The notes beneath the pieces were generated by a model, which had not been told where the DNA came from, made no database searches, and saw only the letters and a program-made list of their open reading frames with translations. From a virus (Duplodnaviria > Caudoviricetes), in the IMG/VR virus record IMGVR_UViG_3300017909_004705: a DNA stretch of 64,000 nucleotides; one strand, written 5' to 3'. Shown piece after piece: positions 20,536 through 30,655 of this stretch. The translations under genes were made by a program, and so were the position numbers. Every line of letters begins with the position of its first letter. The stretch's first letter is position 1.

Positions 20536-21772
20536 GTATCTAAATAAAGACAAGGTTACCACCTTACCTCAATCAAACTTAATCGAAAAATACAAAAAAT
20601 CAAATATTTGTCATCTGCCCTGGACCGGGATAGAGACTAATGAAATCGGGCAATACAAACCATGTTGTCTGTACGAACATCCATTGAAAGACAAAAATAA
20701 ACAAGAGCTAAACACAGTAAGCCATTCGATAGATGAAGTGTTCGAATCACAGGACATGATAGACCTCCGAGACCAATTCATTAAAAATCAAAAGCCAACC
20801 GGTTGTGAAAGATGTTGGAAAGAAGAAGAATCAGGCAAGACATCTCTAAGAATGCTGAGTTGGGAAAAATCTAGTGTGCTAGGCGAGTATCATGTAAAAA
20901 AAAATATAACAGCATCTCGAACTCTTGGTTTGAAGTTAGGGAACACATGTAATTTAAAATGCCGTATATGTGGACCAGAAGCAAGTTCACAATGGGTAAA
21001 TGAATTAATAAAAGAAGACCCCACGCAGAAGACACGGCTTCTTGCCCTCAGTGAAAAAACTAGATGGCCGCGGAAACAAAACAAACTGTTTGACAGCATC
21101 GGAAGTTCATTGAAGGATATAAGGTATTTGCAAATCACCGGTGGCGAACCTTTCATGATCAAAGAACAGTTTGACATGCTTGAAAAATGCGTAGAACTTG
21201 GGGTGGCAGATAAAATCGACGTGCATTACAATACCAACGGCACACACTACCCAGAACATGCTCTAAAGAATATTTGGCCACACTTTAAAAGAATAGAAAT
21301 AGCATTCAGTATTGATGGTATAAATCAACGCTTTGAATATCAAAGGCACCCTGCTGTTTGGGACGAAGTGGATAACAACATCAAGAAGATCAGTACATCA
21401 GGACTGAAAAATCTCAGCACACAGATTTCTACTACAATTAATCTCTTCAGCATCTATTATCTAGATGAACTTGCTGAAAAAGTGGACGCATGGAACCCCG
21501 ATTACTGGCATATCAATTGCCTACATAATCCAAAAGAGTTTGACATCCAGGCACTCCCTGTGAACGTTAAAGAAAGTATACGTCAAAGACTAGAAAAATG
21601 TAGACATAGGAAAAATGAAATTCAAACTGCAATTAAATATCTAAATCAACCTAGCAAAAATACTTCAACTGACTTGGCCGAACGCAGGAAAAAGAAGATA
21701 ATTTCCACTGATAACACCAGGAATGAAAGTTTTGACAAGGTATTTCCTGAAATGTACGATTTAATTTGGTAA
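20528..21772 (+). CDS. Radical SAM protein with N-terminal SPASM/twitch-like domain
   Basis: CHLPW..PCC..CERCW N-terminal cluster; CNLKCRIC; TGGEP; SIDG. Confidence 0.85.
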   Translation: MSKYLNKDKVTTLPQSNLIEKYKKSNICHLPWTGIETNEIGQYKPCCLYEHPLKDKNKQELNTVSHSIDEVFESQDMIDLRDQFIKNQKPTGCERCWKEEESGKTSLRMLSWEKSSVLGEYHVKKNITASRTLGLKLGNTCNLKCRICGPEASSQWVNELIKEDPTQKTRLLALSEKTRWPRKQNKLFDSIGSSLKDIRYLQITGGEPFMIKEQFDMLEKCVELGVADKIDVHYNTNGTHYPEHALKNIWPHFKRIEIAFSIDGINQRFEYQRHPAVWDEVDNNIKKISTSGLKNLSTQISTTINLFSIYYLDELAEKVDAWNPDYWHINCLHNPKEFDIQALPVNVKESIRQRLEKCRHRKNEIQTAIKYLNQPSKNTSTDLAERRKKKIISTDNTRNESFDKVFPEMYDLIW

Positions 21773-21793
21773 AGATCAATAAATACTACTATT

Positions 21794-22234
21794 ATGAAAA
21801 TCAGTGATTCAACATCTATCTCAATGCCAATGCGTAATCTCTTATCCATAATAGGTGCGGTGGCAGTAGGTGTGTGGGCATATTTTGGTGTGGTCGAAAG
21901 ATTGAACAAACTAGAAACACAATCAGTTCTGTTAGAGAAAGACATGACTGCCGAAGACGAAAGACTACACAATGAAGTGACTAAAAACACAGACTTCAGA
22001 ATCAGATATCCAAGGGGTGAGTTAGGTCAAAGTTCACAGGACATAGAACAGTTCATGTTGATTGAAGACCTATATAAGTCGGTTGATAGAATGCAGAAGC
22101 ATCTAGACGACATGGCCAACAACAAAGTAAACATCGAATTCTTGAAAGAACAGATGGAGAAAGCACAGGAGTCAATTGAAAAATTGAAAGATGCTGACAG
22201 GGATATCGTTTACAAAAACGGGAATGGACATTAA
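21794..22234 (+). CDS. Membrane-anchored coiled-coil protein
   Basis: N-terminal TM plus heptads; TAAATA upstream. Confidence 0.6.
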   Translation: MKISDSTSISMPMRNLLSIIGAVAVGVWAYFGVVERLNKLETQSVLLEKDMTAEDERLHNEVTKNTDFRIRYPRGELGQSSQDIEQFMLIEDLYKSVDRMQKHLDDMANNKVNIEFLKEQMEKAQESIEKLKDADRDIVYKNGNGH

Positions 22235-22443
22235 TGATTGAAACAGTTGTGGCCTTGTTGATGTTTGTGAATGGTGAGATCAAAGAACACCGTATACAAG
22301 AAAACATGGCAAAATGTCTACGTGGCAAAAGGACAGCAGAAAGAGATTATAACCCGTCCGTAAAATATCAGTGTTGGAAAGGTAAAGGCCAGACTGAAAT
22401 ATACATGGGCGAGAAATCCATTAAAGCAATAATATTGGAATAG
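22234..22443 (+). CDS. Small hypothetical protein (two Cys)
   Basis: TAATG translational coupling. Confidence 0.55.
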   Translation: MIETVVALLMFVNGEIKEHRIQENMAKCLRGKRTAERDYNPSVKYQCWKGKGQTEIYMGEKSIKAIILE

Positions 22444-22444
22444 T

Positions 22445-22879
22445 ATGTGGACTTACAGAGCAAAAGTGGTCAGAGTCATAGACGGTGACACAGTGGACGT
22501 GGACATCGACCTAGGTTTCGGCATATGGCAGAAGAATGAACGTGTGAGAATCATGGGGATCGATACACCAGAATCAAGAACTAGGGATAAAGTAGAAAAA
22601 AAATTTGGATTGGCCAGCAAGGCCATGTTGAAAAGAGTGTTAGGAAAAAATACTGTATTAAAAACCACCATCAACAAAAAAGGTGTTGACATGAAGGGCA
22701 AGTTTGGCAGAGTTCTTGGAGACTTTTTGTACAAAGGCAAGCCAGTATCAAAACTCATGTGTCGAGAAGGTTTTGCAGTGCCTTACTTTGGTGGCAACAA
22801 AGCAAAACTAAAAGCAAAACACATGGCAAATAGGAGAAAATTAATAAAAGCAGGCACTGTCCAAGGCGACATTGAATAA
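22445..22879 (+). CDS. Thermonuclease (SNase-like) family nuclease
   Basis: VIDGDT, RIMGIDTPE and GKFGRVL motifs. Confidence 0.85.
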   Translation: MWTYRAKVVRVIDGDTVDVDIDLGFGIWQKNERVRIMGIDTPESRTRDKVEKKFGLASKAMLKRVLGKNTVLKTTINKKGVDMKGKFGRVLGDFLYKGKPVSKLMCREGFAVPYFGGNKAKLKAKHMANRRKLIKAGTVQGDIE

Positions 22880-22905
22880 ATACGCATATAATAGGGGATA
22901 AAAAT

Positions 22906-23496
22906 ATGGAACTAATTATAACACTTGCAATGAAATTTTGGCAATGGACGTTACTTATCGCTGTCGTGATCATTGGAGCAATCATCAACTTCACAGACAA
23001 AAGGAAGAAACCAAACTTGAAATTTAACTTCAAAGGTTTCCCAGAATTAAAACCTTTGGCAATCAAAACAAAAGGGAAAGGCTTCTGGAAAGGTATTGCA
23101 ATGTGGTTGCTATCAACTAGAAATTGGGAACTGACAAAAGACTGGAAGTATAATATTGACGGCAAAGAATATATCATACCGGCAGGATTTACTTTTGATG
23201 GTGCAAGTATTCCGAAATTCCTAAGAACTTTCTTTTCACCAGTGGGTGTTTTACTAATTGGTGGACTAGTACACGACTACGCCTACAAATACAAAACACT
23301 GTTAGAAGTTGATAAGAAAAAAACAATGGGAGATTTGACTCAGAAGAGAGCGGACGAAATCTTCAGAGACATTAATATTATTGTAAACGGTTTCTATAGC
23401 ATGAACTACCTTGCATACTGGTCATTAAGACTAGGTGGCTTTGTTGCATGGAACGGACACAGAAAAAGAAACAATAAAATACCGGAACTAAAATAA
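22906..23496 (+). CDS. DUF1353-family protein with N-terminal TM
   Basis: IPAGFTFDGASIP, VHDYAY and ADEIF motifs. Confidence 0.75.
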   Translation: MELIITLAMKFWQWTLLIAVVIIGAIINFTDKRKKPNLKFNFKGFPELKPLAIKTKGKGFWKGIAMWLLSTRNWELTKDWKYNIDGKEYIIPAGFTFDGASIPKFLRTFFSPVGVLLIGGLVHDYAYKYKTLLEVDKKKTMGDLTQKRADEIFRDINIIVNGFYSMNYLAYWSLRLGGFVAWNGHRKRNNKIPELK

Positions 23497-23834
23497 TGGC
23501 TGAATTAAAAGAAGACAAATTGGTTGTACCGGCTGATAAGGCAACAGCAAACAAAAAAGTTAAAGTTGAATTAGAAGTTGATACAAGTGCAAAAGACCTA
23601 GGACCTAATCCTTACGCAAGATTAATTCATCTTGCAAGAGCTGTAGACAGTTGGAGAATTTTTCCAAGGGTATTCATCACAACATACATCATATTACTAT
23701 ACAAATGTGTGATATGGTACATGGCCTTACCAAGTCCATCAATGGAACAATCAGGTTTGATATCTATTGTGGTTGGTGCAGGAGCGGCCTGGTTCGGACT
23801 ATACACTGGTTCAAGCAAAAAAATACCAAAATAG
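23496..23834 (+). CDS. Two-TM membrane protein, holin candidate
   Basis: Two hydrophobic helices, basic C-tail, lysis-module context. Confidence 0.45.
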   Translation: MAELKEDKLVVPADKATANKKVKVELEVDTSAKDLGPNPYARLIHLARAVDSWRIFPRVFITTYIILLYKCVIWYMALPSPSMEQSGLISIVVGAGAAWFGLYTGSSKKIPK

Positions 23835-23844
23835 TTACCACGCA

Positions 23845-23872
23845 TTGACAGATCACCAATCTGTTATACAAT
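23845..23872 (+). promoter_or_regulatory. sigma70-like promoter of dnaJ-def-clpA
   Basis: TTGACA-N16-TACAAT; inverted repeat in the spacer. Confidence 0.65.
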
Positions 23873-23879
23873 ATACTAA

Positions 23880-24743
23880 ATGAAAAATTATTATGACATA
23901 CTAGGTGTGTCTGAAGATGCTTCTTCTGAGCAAATAAAGAAAGCGTTCAAAGAGATTGCCAAGAAAGAACACCCTGACAGAGGTGGCAACGAAGCAGTAT
24001 TCAAAGAAGCCAACGAGGCATACGACACACTTAAGAATTCACAAAAAAGGCACGACTATGACACAATGCGAAAGTTTGGTAGCACACAGGGAGGTGGACA
24101 ACATCCATTCTTTAATGAAGACATATTTGGAGATTTCTTTTCAAACTTTGGCAACGGAGACATGGACTTTGGCGGCAGGTTTAATTTTACCCAAGGTCCA
24201 GGCAGGACTCGTACATTCCGCTCACAACAGAGGGGAAATAGGAACGTGCAGGTAAGAATGGCTTTATCTATCAAAGAGGCCATGATGAACAATGAGAAAA
24301 CAATCAATTACAAACTACCAAGTGGGCGAGATGAGTATGCGACTGTAAAAATTCCTGCAGGTGTACAACATGGAGTAACATTCAAGTTCTCCGGCATGGG
24401 GGATGACTCTATAAAGAATGTTCCACGTGGTGACCTAATGGTCTTGATGAGTGTTTTGGATTCAGACGGTTACACAAGAAAAGGCAATGATTTGCACACC
24501 GATAAGACCATAGACTGTTTTCAAGCAATAAGGGGACACAATTTCAATCTCAAAACACTAGATGATAAAATAATTAATGTTAAGGTACCGGCTGGAACAC
24601 AACCTGGGACCATACTTGCCGTAAAAGGTAGAGGCATGCCGGTGCACAAAACAGTAGGCATACGTGGTAACCTATACGTGAAAATACACATTTTGATACC
24701 ACAACTGTCAGCACAGGATTTGAAAAAGATAAAGGACCTATGA
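23880..24743 (+). CDS. dnaJ: Class B J-domain chaperone (DnaJ/CbpA-like, no Zn finger)
   Basis: YYDILGV, HPD, G/F-rich linker, C-terminal DnaJ_C motifs. Confidence 0.9.
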   Translation: MKNYYDILGVSEDASSEQIKKAFKEIAKKEHPDRGGNEAVFKEANEAYDTLKNSQKRHDYDTMRKFGSTQGGGQHPFFNEDIFGDFFSNFGNGDMDFGGRFNFTQGPGRTRTFRSQQRGNRNVQVRMALSIKEAMMNNEKTINYKLPSGRDEYATVKIPAGVQHGVTFKFSGMGDDSIKNVPRGDLMVLMSVLDSDGYTRKGNDLHTDKTIDCFQAIRGHNFNLKTLDDKIINVKVPAGTQPGTILAVKGRGMPVHKTVGIRGNLYVKIHILIPQLSAQDLKKIKDL

Positions 24744-25234
24744 TACAAGTATTCCAATACCCACACGAGACACTGCTTCAAACCAGCACTGAATGGAATC
24801 ACAGCGATACAATCGAAGGTTATGATGACATTGAAAAATTTGAGAAAGATTACATCAGACTGATGCTAGACGAGAACGGAATGGGACTGGCGGCTAACCA
24901 AATAGGAATTACCAAAAGATTTTTTGCAATGGGACACGAAACATTTGACACATTCCAAAAACATGCTATAATTTGGAATCCTAGACTGATTTCACAAAGT
25001 GAAGAACAAGTTGTTGATGTTGAAGGATGTCTAAGTTTTAAAGGAATATGGCTGAAAGTCAAAAGACCAAAAAAAGTAGAAGTGCAATATGAAACAACAC
25101 AAGGAAAAACAAAATTCGCAAAGCTCGACGGAATGGAATCAAAGTGTTTCCAGCATGAACTCGATCACCTTAATGGTATTACGTTTAATCAAAGAGTCTC
25201 TAAATTACGGTGGGACATGGCAAGAAAAGGATAA
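24740..25234 (+). CDS. def: Peptide deformylase
   Basis: GMGLAANQ, EGCLS and QHELDH motifs. Confidence 0.93.
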   Translation: MIQVFQYPHETLLQTSTEWNHSDTIEGYDDIEKFEKDYIRLMLDENGMGLAANQIGITKRFFAMGHETFDTFQKHAIIWNPRLISQSEEQVVDVEGCLSFKGIWLKVKRPKKVEVQYETTQGKTKFAKLDGMESKCFQHELDHLNGITFNQRVSKLRWDMARKG

Positions 25235-25237
25235 AGA

Positions 25238-27583
25238 ATGTTAGAAGCAAACGAAGGACTAGAAAATATATTTGAGAATGCCCTCAAAGAAGCAGAGAAA
25301 AGGAAACACGAGTACGTAACAATAGAACACGTGCTACTGGCATTGATCAAGGATGAATCAATCGGAACTGTGTTGCATGACTTCAAAATACAGGTTGGCG
25401 CCTTGATAAAAGACGTCGAAGATTATCTCGATACAAAGTGTAATGACATCATAACAAAAAGCAAAGAGCCAATGACTCCAAGGAAAACTGCTTCGTTGGA
25501 GAGGCTGATGAACAGAGCGTTCACCCAAGCACTGTTCCAAGGCAGGCAGGATGTCAGTTCAATTGACATTTTAATATCTATATTTTCTGAGAAAAAAAGT
25601 TACGCGGCATTCTTTCTAAAAAAACATCAAGTCAACAAACAAGACTTGATCGATCTAGTTTCAACCGAAACAATACTAGACGAAGGAATGTCACAAATCG
25701 CAGGGGCTCAACCAGGTGGGCCTGAACAAAAATTAAGACCTAATCAAGCAGATAGGATACTAAAGAGCTATTGTGAAAACCTTAACCAAAAATACTTTGA
25801 TAAGAAAATAGATCCCGTAATAGGCAGAGAACAAGAAACAAATGATCTTAAACAGATTCTTGCAAGGAGAAATAAAAACAACGTGTTGATAGTTGGTGAT
25901 CCAGGGGTAGGTAAGACAGCAGTAGTTGAAGGCCTTGCTAGGCGAATAGCCAAAAACAAAGATGATGTGCCTGAGTATCTTAAAGATCACATAGTGTGGA
26001 GTCTAGATGTAAACAGTTTGATCGCTGGCAGTAAATTTAGAGGTGACTTCGAGGAAAGATTAAAATTGATTGTCAACGCACTTGATCAAAAAGGCAAGTC
26101 TATATTATTCATAGACGAAGCACACATGATTGTGGGTGCTGGAGCCACAGGACAAGGTAACAACATGGACATGGCCAACATGCTTAAACCCGCATTGTTG
26201 AAAGGCACAATCAAGGTACTCGCTTCAACTACATGGGAAGAGTACAGAAAGTATTTCGAAAAAGATAGGGCACTGATGAGAAGGTTTCAAAGACTACAAG
26301 TAGGAGAGCCCACTAAAGAAACTGCCGTTAAAATTTTGAAGGGCGTGAAGCAATACTACGAAAAATTTCATAAATGCACAATCACAGATGAGGCATGTGA
26401 AGATGCAGTCGATTATTCGACAAAATTTATTGCAGATAAAAAACTGCCAGACAAGGCAATCGATGTGTTGGATGTTGCCTGTGCTAGGTTGCGACTGAAT
26501 GGGGTAAAGGATGGTAAGATAGACCATGACGAAATAATACACGAGATCAGCACAATGACTGGTATAAGCATAGAACAGTTGTCTCAGAAACAGGCAAGTA
26601 ACTTAAAAACTCTCGAAGAGAAAATGAAACTACAAGTTTTTGGGCAAGACAAGGCCATAAACACTATCACCGACAAGATACTAGTTGCAAGGGCGGGACT
26701 AAAGAGTCTGACAAAACCAGTTGGGTCATTCCTGTTCTTGGGACCAACAGGGTGTGGTAAGACAGAAACTGCAAGACAACTTGCAAAAACATTGGGCGTT
26801 GAACTGATCAGGTTTGACATGTCAGAGTATCAAGAGAAACATTCAATTGCTAAACTTATTGGATCGCCACCTGGTTACGTTGGATATGAAGATTCAAACA
26901 TGGGTGGTGGTATGTTCATTAACGAAGTTGAAAAAAATCCACACGCAGTTGTGTTATTCGACGAAGTAGAGAAAGCACATAGAGATGTGTCAAACATGCT
27001 TCTACAAGTGATGGATTATGGTACCGTGACTGGATCTAACGGTAAAAAAGCAGACTGTAGAAATATCACCCTAATTATGACATCTAACCTAGGGGCAGAG
27101 GAAAACGAAAGAAATAATATTGGCTTTGGCAAAAGTGAAAGAACTGGCGAGGACGACAAAGCACTTAAGAAATTTTTCCCACCTGAGTTCCGAAACAGAC
27201 TAGACGCAGTAATTAAATTTGATAAACTAGGTAAAGACACTATGAAGTCTGTAGTCAAGAAGTTCTTGCTTGAACTGAACACGATGACTATTGAGAAAGA
27301 TGTTGAAGTCAATGCTACAGACAAAGCAATCGAATTTTTAATGAAGAAGGGCTTCGATTCTAAACTAGGTGCAAGACCATTACAACGTGTGATCGATGAT
27401 GAGATTAAAAAACCTCTATCTAAAATGATGTTGTTCGGTGAACTTACAGAAGGCGGAATGGTAGAAGTTGGACTTACAGATGACATTGTTCCGAAATTGA
27501 CAGTAAATTTCAAGGCTAAGAAAGCATCTAAAATAATGGAGCCGGAAAAAACTAAAATGTCTGATGAGAAAAAACCACAATAA
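25238..27583 (+). CDS. clpA: ATP-dependent Clp protease ATPase ClpA
   Basis: Clp N-domain; Walker A motifs GDPGVGKT and GPTGCGKT; IGF loop; no ClpB M-domain. Confidence 0.9.
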   Translation: MLEANEGLENIFENALKEAEKRKHEYVTIEHVLLALIKDESIGTVLHDFKIQVGALIKDVEDYLDTKCNDIITKSKEPMTPRKTASLERLMNRAFTQALFQGRQDVSSIDILISIFSEKKSYAAFFLKKHQVNKQDLIDLVSTETILDEGMSQIAGAQPGGPEQKLRPNQADRILKSYCENLNQKYFDKKIDPVIGREQETNDLKQILARRNKNNVLIVGDPGVGKTAVVEGLARRIAKNKDDVPEYLKDHIVWSLDVNSLIAGSKFRGDFEERLKLIVNALDQKGKSILFIDEAHMIVGAGATGQGNNMDMANMLKPALLKGTIKVLASTTWEEYRKYFEKDRALMRRFQRLQVGEPTKETAVKILKGVKQYYEKFHKCTITDEACEDAVDYSTKFIADKKLPDKAIDVLDVACARLRLNGVKDGKIDHDEIIHEISTMTGISIEQLSQKQASNLKTLEEKMKLQVFGQDKAINTITDKILVARAGLKSLTKPVGSFLFLGPTGCGKTETARQLAKTLGVELIRFDMSEYQEKHSIAKLIGSPPGYVGYEDSNMGGGMFINEVEKNPHAVVLFDEVEKAHRDVSNMLLQVMDYGTVTGSNGKKADCRNITLIMTSNLGAEENERNNIGFGKSERTGEDDKALKKFFPPEFRNRLDAVIKFDKLGKDTMKSVVKKFLLELNTMTIEKDVEVNATDKAIEFLMKKGFDSKLGARPLQRVIDDEIKKPLSKMMLFGELTEGGMVEVGLTDDIVPKLTVNFKAKKASKIMEPEKTKMSDEKKPQ

Positions 27584-28205
27584 ATTATACTACGGGCGGT
27601 ACAGAAATAAAACTGTATTTAAAATGCCAGGCAGTTTAATTTTTTACCCTACAACCGATGAACATTTAAAACAAATCAAACAAAGACATCCTAACGTGCC
27701 TAACATTAATTTCTTAGCAGATTTTATTATAAAAAACAGGAAAAAAATGAAATTCAGATTCCAAGATAGAAGATCAATGTTCTATGCAGATAAAAAGTTA
27801 ACCCAGGAATTACTTGACAATCTGTGGGACTTTTGGATAGAGTCTGAAACCGTAGATCCAAAACATGGAAAACTAGGTGAGAACATTGTTGGTTGTACAA
27901 GACTACCGCATGGCAAGTATCAATATCAGGTATACCTAAAGAAGGACGCACAACTGCTTATCACAGACGCACAAAAATCAAGCCTCAGAGAGTTCATAGA
28001 AAGAAACGTGGACAACTGTCTGGTCACAAACTATAACATATTAGATTATCTAGAGGACAAATCTTCATTCTGCTATGGCGGATATTTTTATGTAAAAGAA
28101 GAAAAATTCCTTAGTCCGATTTACATGATGGCACAGCAGGCAATAGAAAAAGTAATACAGTTTAGAAAGGTAAAAAATGGAAGCAATAAAAAAATTACGA
28201 GATAA
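27564..28205 (+). CDS. Hypothetical protein
   Basis: 213-aa ORF overlapping the end of clpA. Confidence 0.6.
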   Translation: MRKNHNKLYYGRYRNKTVFKMPGSLIFYPTTDEHLKQIKQRHPNVPNINFLADFIIKNRKKMKFRFQDRRSMFYADKKLTQELLDNLWDFWIESETVDPKHGKLGENIVGCTRLPHGKYQYQVYLKKDAQLLITDAQKSSLREFIERNVDNCLVTNYNILDYLEDKSSFCYGGYFYVKEEKFLSPIYMMAQQAIEKVIQFRKVKNGSNKKITR

Positions 28206-28473
28206 GAAGATATTCAACGATCAAAGCATAGTTGAAAGCATGATACAGAAAAACTGGATGGGCTCACCTGTGATCAAGAGAAGTCTCCTAAGGGTGAAGA
28301 AAGTGGATGATGATCACTGTGTCTGTGAAGAACTTGGCGAGGCGGACGGAAAGGCGTATAAAATCAAATACATTAACATATTGACCGTGGACGGGCAGGA
28401 ACCCAACGAGCTGGCCGCTGTGTATGGACTTGGTCCAAAAACAGCAAGATTCAAAAGGAAAAATACTGAATAA
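28177..28473 (+). CDS. Hypothetical protein
   Basis: AAGG SD; 98 aa. Confidence 0.55.
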   Translation: MEAIKKLRDKKIFNDQSIVESMIQKNWMGSPVIKRSLLRVKKVDDDHCVCEELGEADGKAYKIKYINILTVDGQEPNELAAVYGLGPKTARFKRKNTE

Positions 28474-28482
28474 ATAACAACA

Positions 28483-29058
28483 ATGGCACAGAAAAGCGAC
28501 ACAATATTAGCGTCTAAATCGCATATAGCAAACGTCACTGGAACAGATATCAGTTTCACAGCCACAGGCACTGAATACAAAATATCATCTACCAGTACAA
28601 GTTTGGCAGGTTTCAATGTGCGAGATTTGATCACAGTGACAGGTACTTCTAGTAACAACAGCACATTCACTGTCAAGTCAGAAGTGTCTGCTAACGAGTT
28701 GCTTGTGGAGGAAGTGGTTACAACAGAAACTTCCGATGGTTCTACCACCACTACCCTAGATCACACAGGATTTGTAAGTGCCAAAGTCAAGGGTGATGGC
28801 TACTACAACAAACCAGACGGTGTTCACACAGTGGCATACCAAGTAGACAGCACAATGGCAGGCTCCATCAAGATGCAGGGCTCACTTGCCACAACACCCA
28901 CAGAAGATGATTACTTCGACATCACTGGCACGACATTTACCGCAGACCAAAGCACACTGATTTCAACTGCAAATTTCACAGGAAATTTTGTGTGGATCAG
29001 AGCAAAGGCCACATCAGTCACTGCCGGCACAATAAGTTCCATATTAGTTAACTCTTAA
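28483..29058 (+). CDS. Virion structural protein (Thr/Ser-rich beta protein)
   Basis: GFNVRDLITVTGT..NNSTFTV motif; late promoter TAAATA. Confidence 0.55.
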   Translation: MAQKSDTILASKSHIANVTGTDISFTATGTEYKISSTSTSLAGFNVRDLITVTGTSSNNSTFTVKSEVSANELLVEEVVTTETSDGSTTTTLDHTGFVSAKVKGDGYYNKPDGVHTVAYQVDSTMAGSIKMQGSLATTPTEDDYFDITGTTFTADQSTLISTANFTGNFVWIRAKATSVTAGTISSILVNS

Positions 29059-29073
29059 GCCAGATCAACTTGG

Positions 29074-29101
29074 TTGACATATACCTAATCTGTAGTACAA
29101 T
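29074..29101 (+). promoter_or_regulatory. sigma70-like promoter
   Basis: TTGACA-N16-TACAAT; 6 nt to the ATG. Confidence 0.65.
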
Positions 29102-29107
29102 TAAAGT

Positions 29108-29293
29108 ATGACAGACAAAGACCTAGAACAGATACAGACAGTTAATGTAAACATCACAGCGGAGTCGATCGACGCCCATGTGATTTGCCTTAGAAGGAAC
29201 GGTTACAAAGTTCTCAAAAAAACGTCAGCCTACACGCACTACCTATTATCATTTCTCATAGGGGCGACTGTGGTCGGTAGTTTATTGCAATAA
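29108..29293 (+). CDS. Small hypothetical protein with C-terminal TM
   Basis: First gene after a sigma70-like promoter. Confidence 0.5.
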   Translation: MTDKDLEQIQTVNVNITAESIDAHVICLRRNGYKVLKKTSAYTHYLLSFLIGATVVGSLLQ

Positions 29294-29637
29294 TGCAAAA
29301 GGATATTTTCAAGGAAGATTACTTTGGCACATTGATGTGCATACTTGTGGACGAATCACGGAAACTTTTGCCAACATTCAAGCCAACGCCGGAACTACAC
29401 AAAATACAGAACGACATGTGTGTTGCAGGCACTTGGATAGACAAGATACCGGAAGGCACCATAGTGCATACGGTGCCACAAAGTTTCATAGCCAAATTAC
29501 AACAGGACGTGCTACCTGAGTACAGAAGACTGGCATCGAATCTCATAGATAGATTCATAAGTGAGTTCGAAGCACAGGGTGGCCGTAGGATAGAGATTAC
29601 TGAACAAATTGAAAAGATGTACAAATGGAAACAATAA
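29293..29637 (+). CDS. Hypothetical protein
   Basis: TAATG coupling. Confidence 0.55.
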   Translation: MQKDIFKEDYFGTLMCILVDESRKLLPTFKPTPELHKIQNDMCVAGTWIDKIPEGTIVHTVPQSFIAKLQQDVLPEYRRLASNLIDRFISEFEAQGGRRIEITEQIEKMYKWKQ

Positions 29638-29819
29638 CAATCACATGCACCAACAATGACCGGACAAAGCAGGCTGAAGTACTGCAACGTAACGACAAGT
29701 ACATGAAGGTTCAAGTGCCTGGCACTCAGATATTCATTGAATTGTTTAGGGACGATGTAAATATACCATATACAGGACACACTGCAGGACTTGAATTCGA
29801 ATGGCAACCGAAAAATTAA
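29625..29819 (+). CDS. Hypothetical protein
   Basis: Overlap-coupled 64-aa ORF. Confidence 0.55.
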   Translation: METITITCTNNDRTKQAEVLQRNDKYMKVQVPGTQIFIELFRDDVNIPYTGHTAGLEFEWQPKN

Positions 29820-30283
29820 AATTTAAACTAGAGCTACACGCAACAATGTGGAACAAAGCACCACATGTAGAAATTAAATTAAATGATAAAAGTTTTTATT
29901 CCGGTGACATAACCGGCACAGAAGATAAGCCTGATGTTATAGAGTTCGAACACGAACTGAACGAGGGAGAACCTTACAGTCTAGACATACACAGATCAGG
30001 AAAAGGTCGAAATGACACAGTCATAAATGAAAAGGGTGACATTTTGAATGACCAACTGCTTAATATTAAGAGCATAGAAATCGATGAGATAGACATCGGT
30101 GGACTGGTATATGAGGGTGTTTACGAACCAACGTATCCTGAACCATGGGCAACACAACAGAAAAAAGCGGGTGTTGTTTTACAAAAGACAATGAAAAATG
30201 TAACATGCATGGGACACAACGGGGTCTGGAGGTTCAAGTTTCAGTCGCCATTTTACATGTGGCTTCTTGAGAACCTTTATTAA
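29801..30283 (+). CDS. Hypothetical beta-sandwich-like protein
   Basis: 160-aa ORF ending MGHNG.W.F.F.SP.Y.WLL. Confidence 0.55.
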   Translation: MATEKLKFKLELHATMWNKAPHVEIKLNDKSFYSGDITGTEDKPDVIEFEHELNEGEPYSLDIHRSGKGRNDTVINEKGDILNDQLLNIKSIEIDEIDIGGLVYEGVYEPTYPEPWATQQKKAGVVLQKTMKNVTCMGHNGVWRFKFQSPFYMWLLENLY

Positions 30284-30291
30284 TATAAATA
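30284..30291 (+). promoter_or_regulatory. T4-type late promoter TATAAATA (representative of a recurring TAAATA core)
   Basis: TAAATA also at 397, 11774, 17896, 19142, 19612, 21780, 28471, 32160, 35594, 36039, 37952, 38983, 39633, 44769 and 60775, each just upstream of a gene start. Confidence 0.75.
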
Positions 30292-30298
30292 TGCTTGT

Positions 30299-30655
30299 AT
30301 GAGAGCATCACAATTTATCAAAGAGGGAATAGACTCAGACGCAGTAAACGAGCTGGATACCTACATAATGAACAGTGAGGAACTGTATCGTAGACGTTTT
30401 ATGCCAATAATCTCAAACATCAAAAGAAAACTGGCCAAGGATGTGTATGATCACGAAAAAGCACAGAAGTTGTGGATGTATTTGGTTGATGATGCCGCGA
30501 AAGAATACGTAAAAGAATTTGGTTCACAACAAGATGATGTCAGCAACATGTTTCCAAAGGAAACAAGAATGCAAGTTGCAAGGAATATCTCAGACAGAGA
30601 ATTAGAAAATATCAAACAAGGCGAATACGATGCACCTCCGGGAACTGTTTCTTAG
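30299..30655 (+). CDS. Hypothetical protein with MRASQFIKE leader (putative internal head protein)
   Basis: TATAAATA promoter; leader ends in Glu. Confidence 0.6.
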   Translation: MRASQFIKEGIDSDAVNELDTYIMNSEELYRRRFMPIISNIKRKLAKDVYDHEKAQKLWMYLVDDAAKEYVKEFGSQQDDVSNMFPKETRMQVARNISDRELENIKQGEYDAPPGTVS

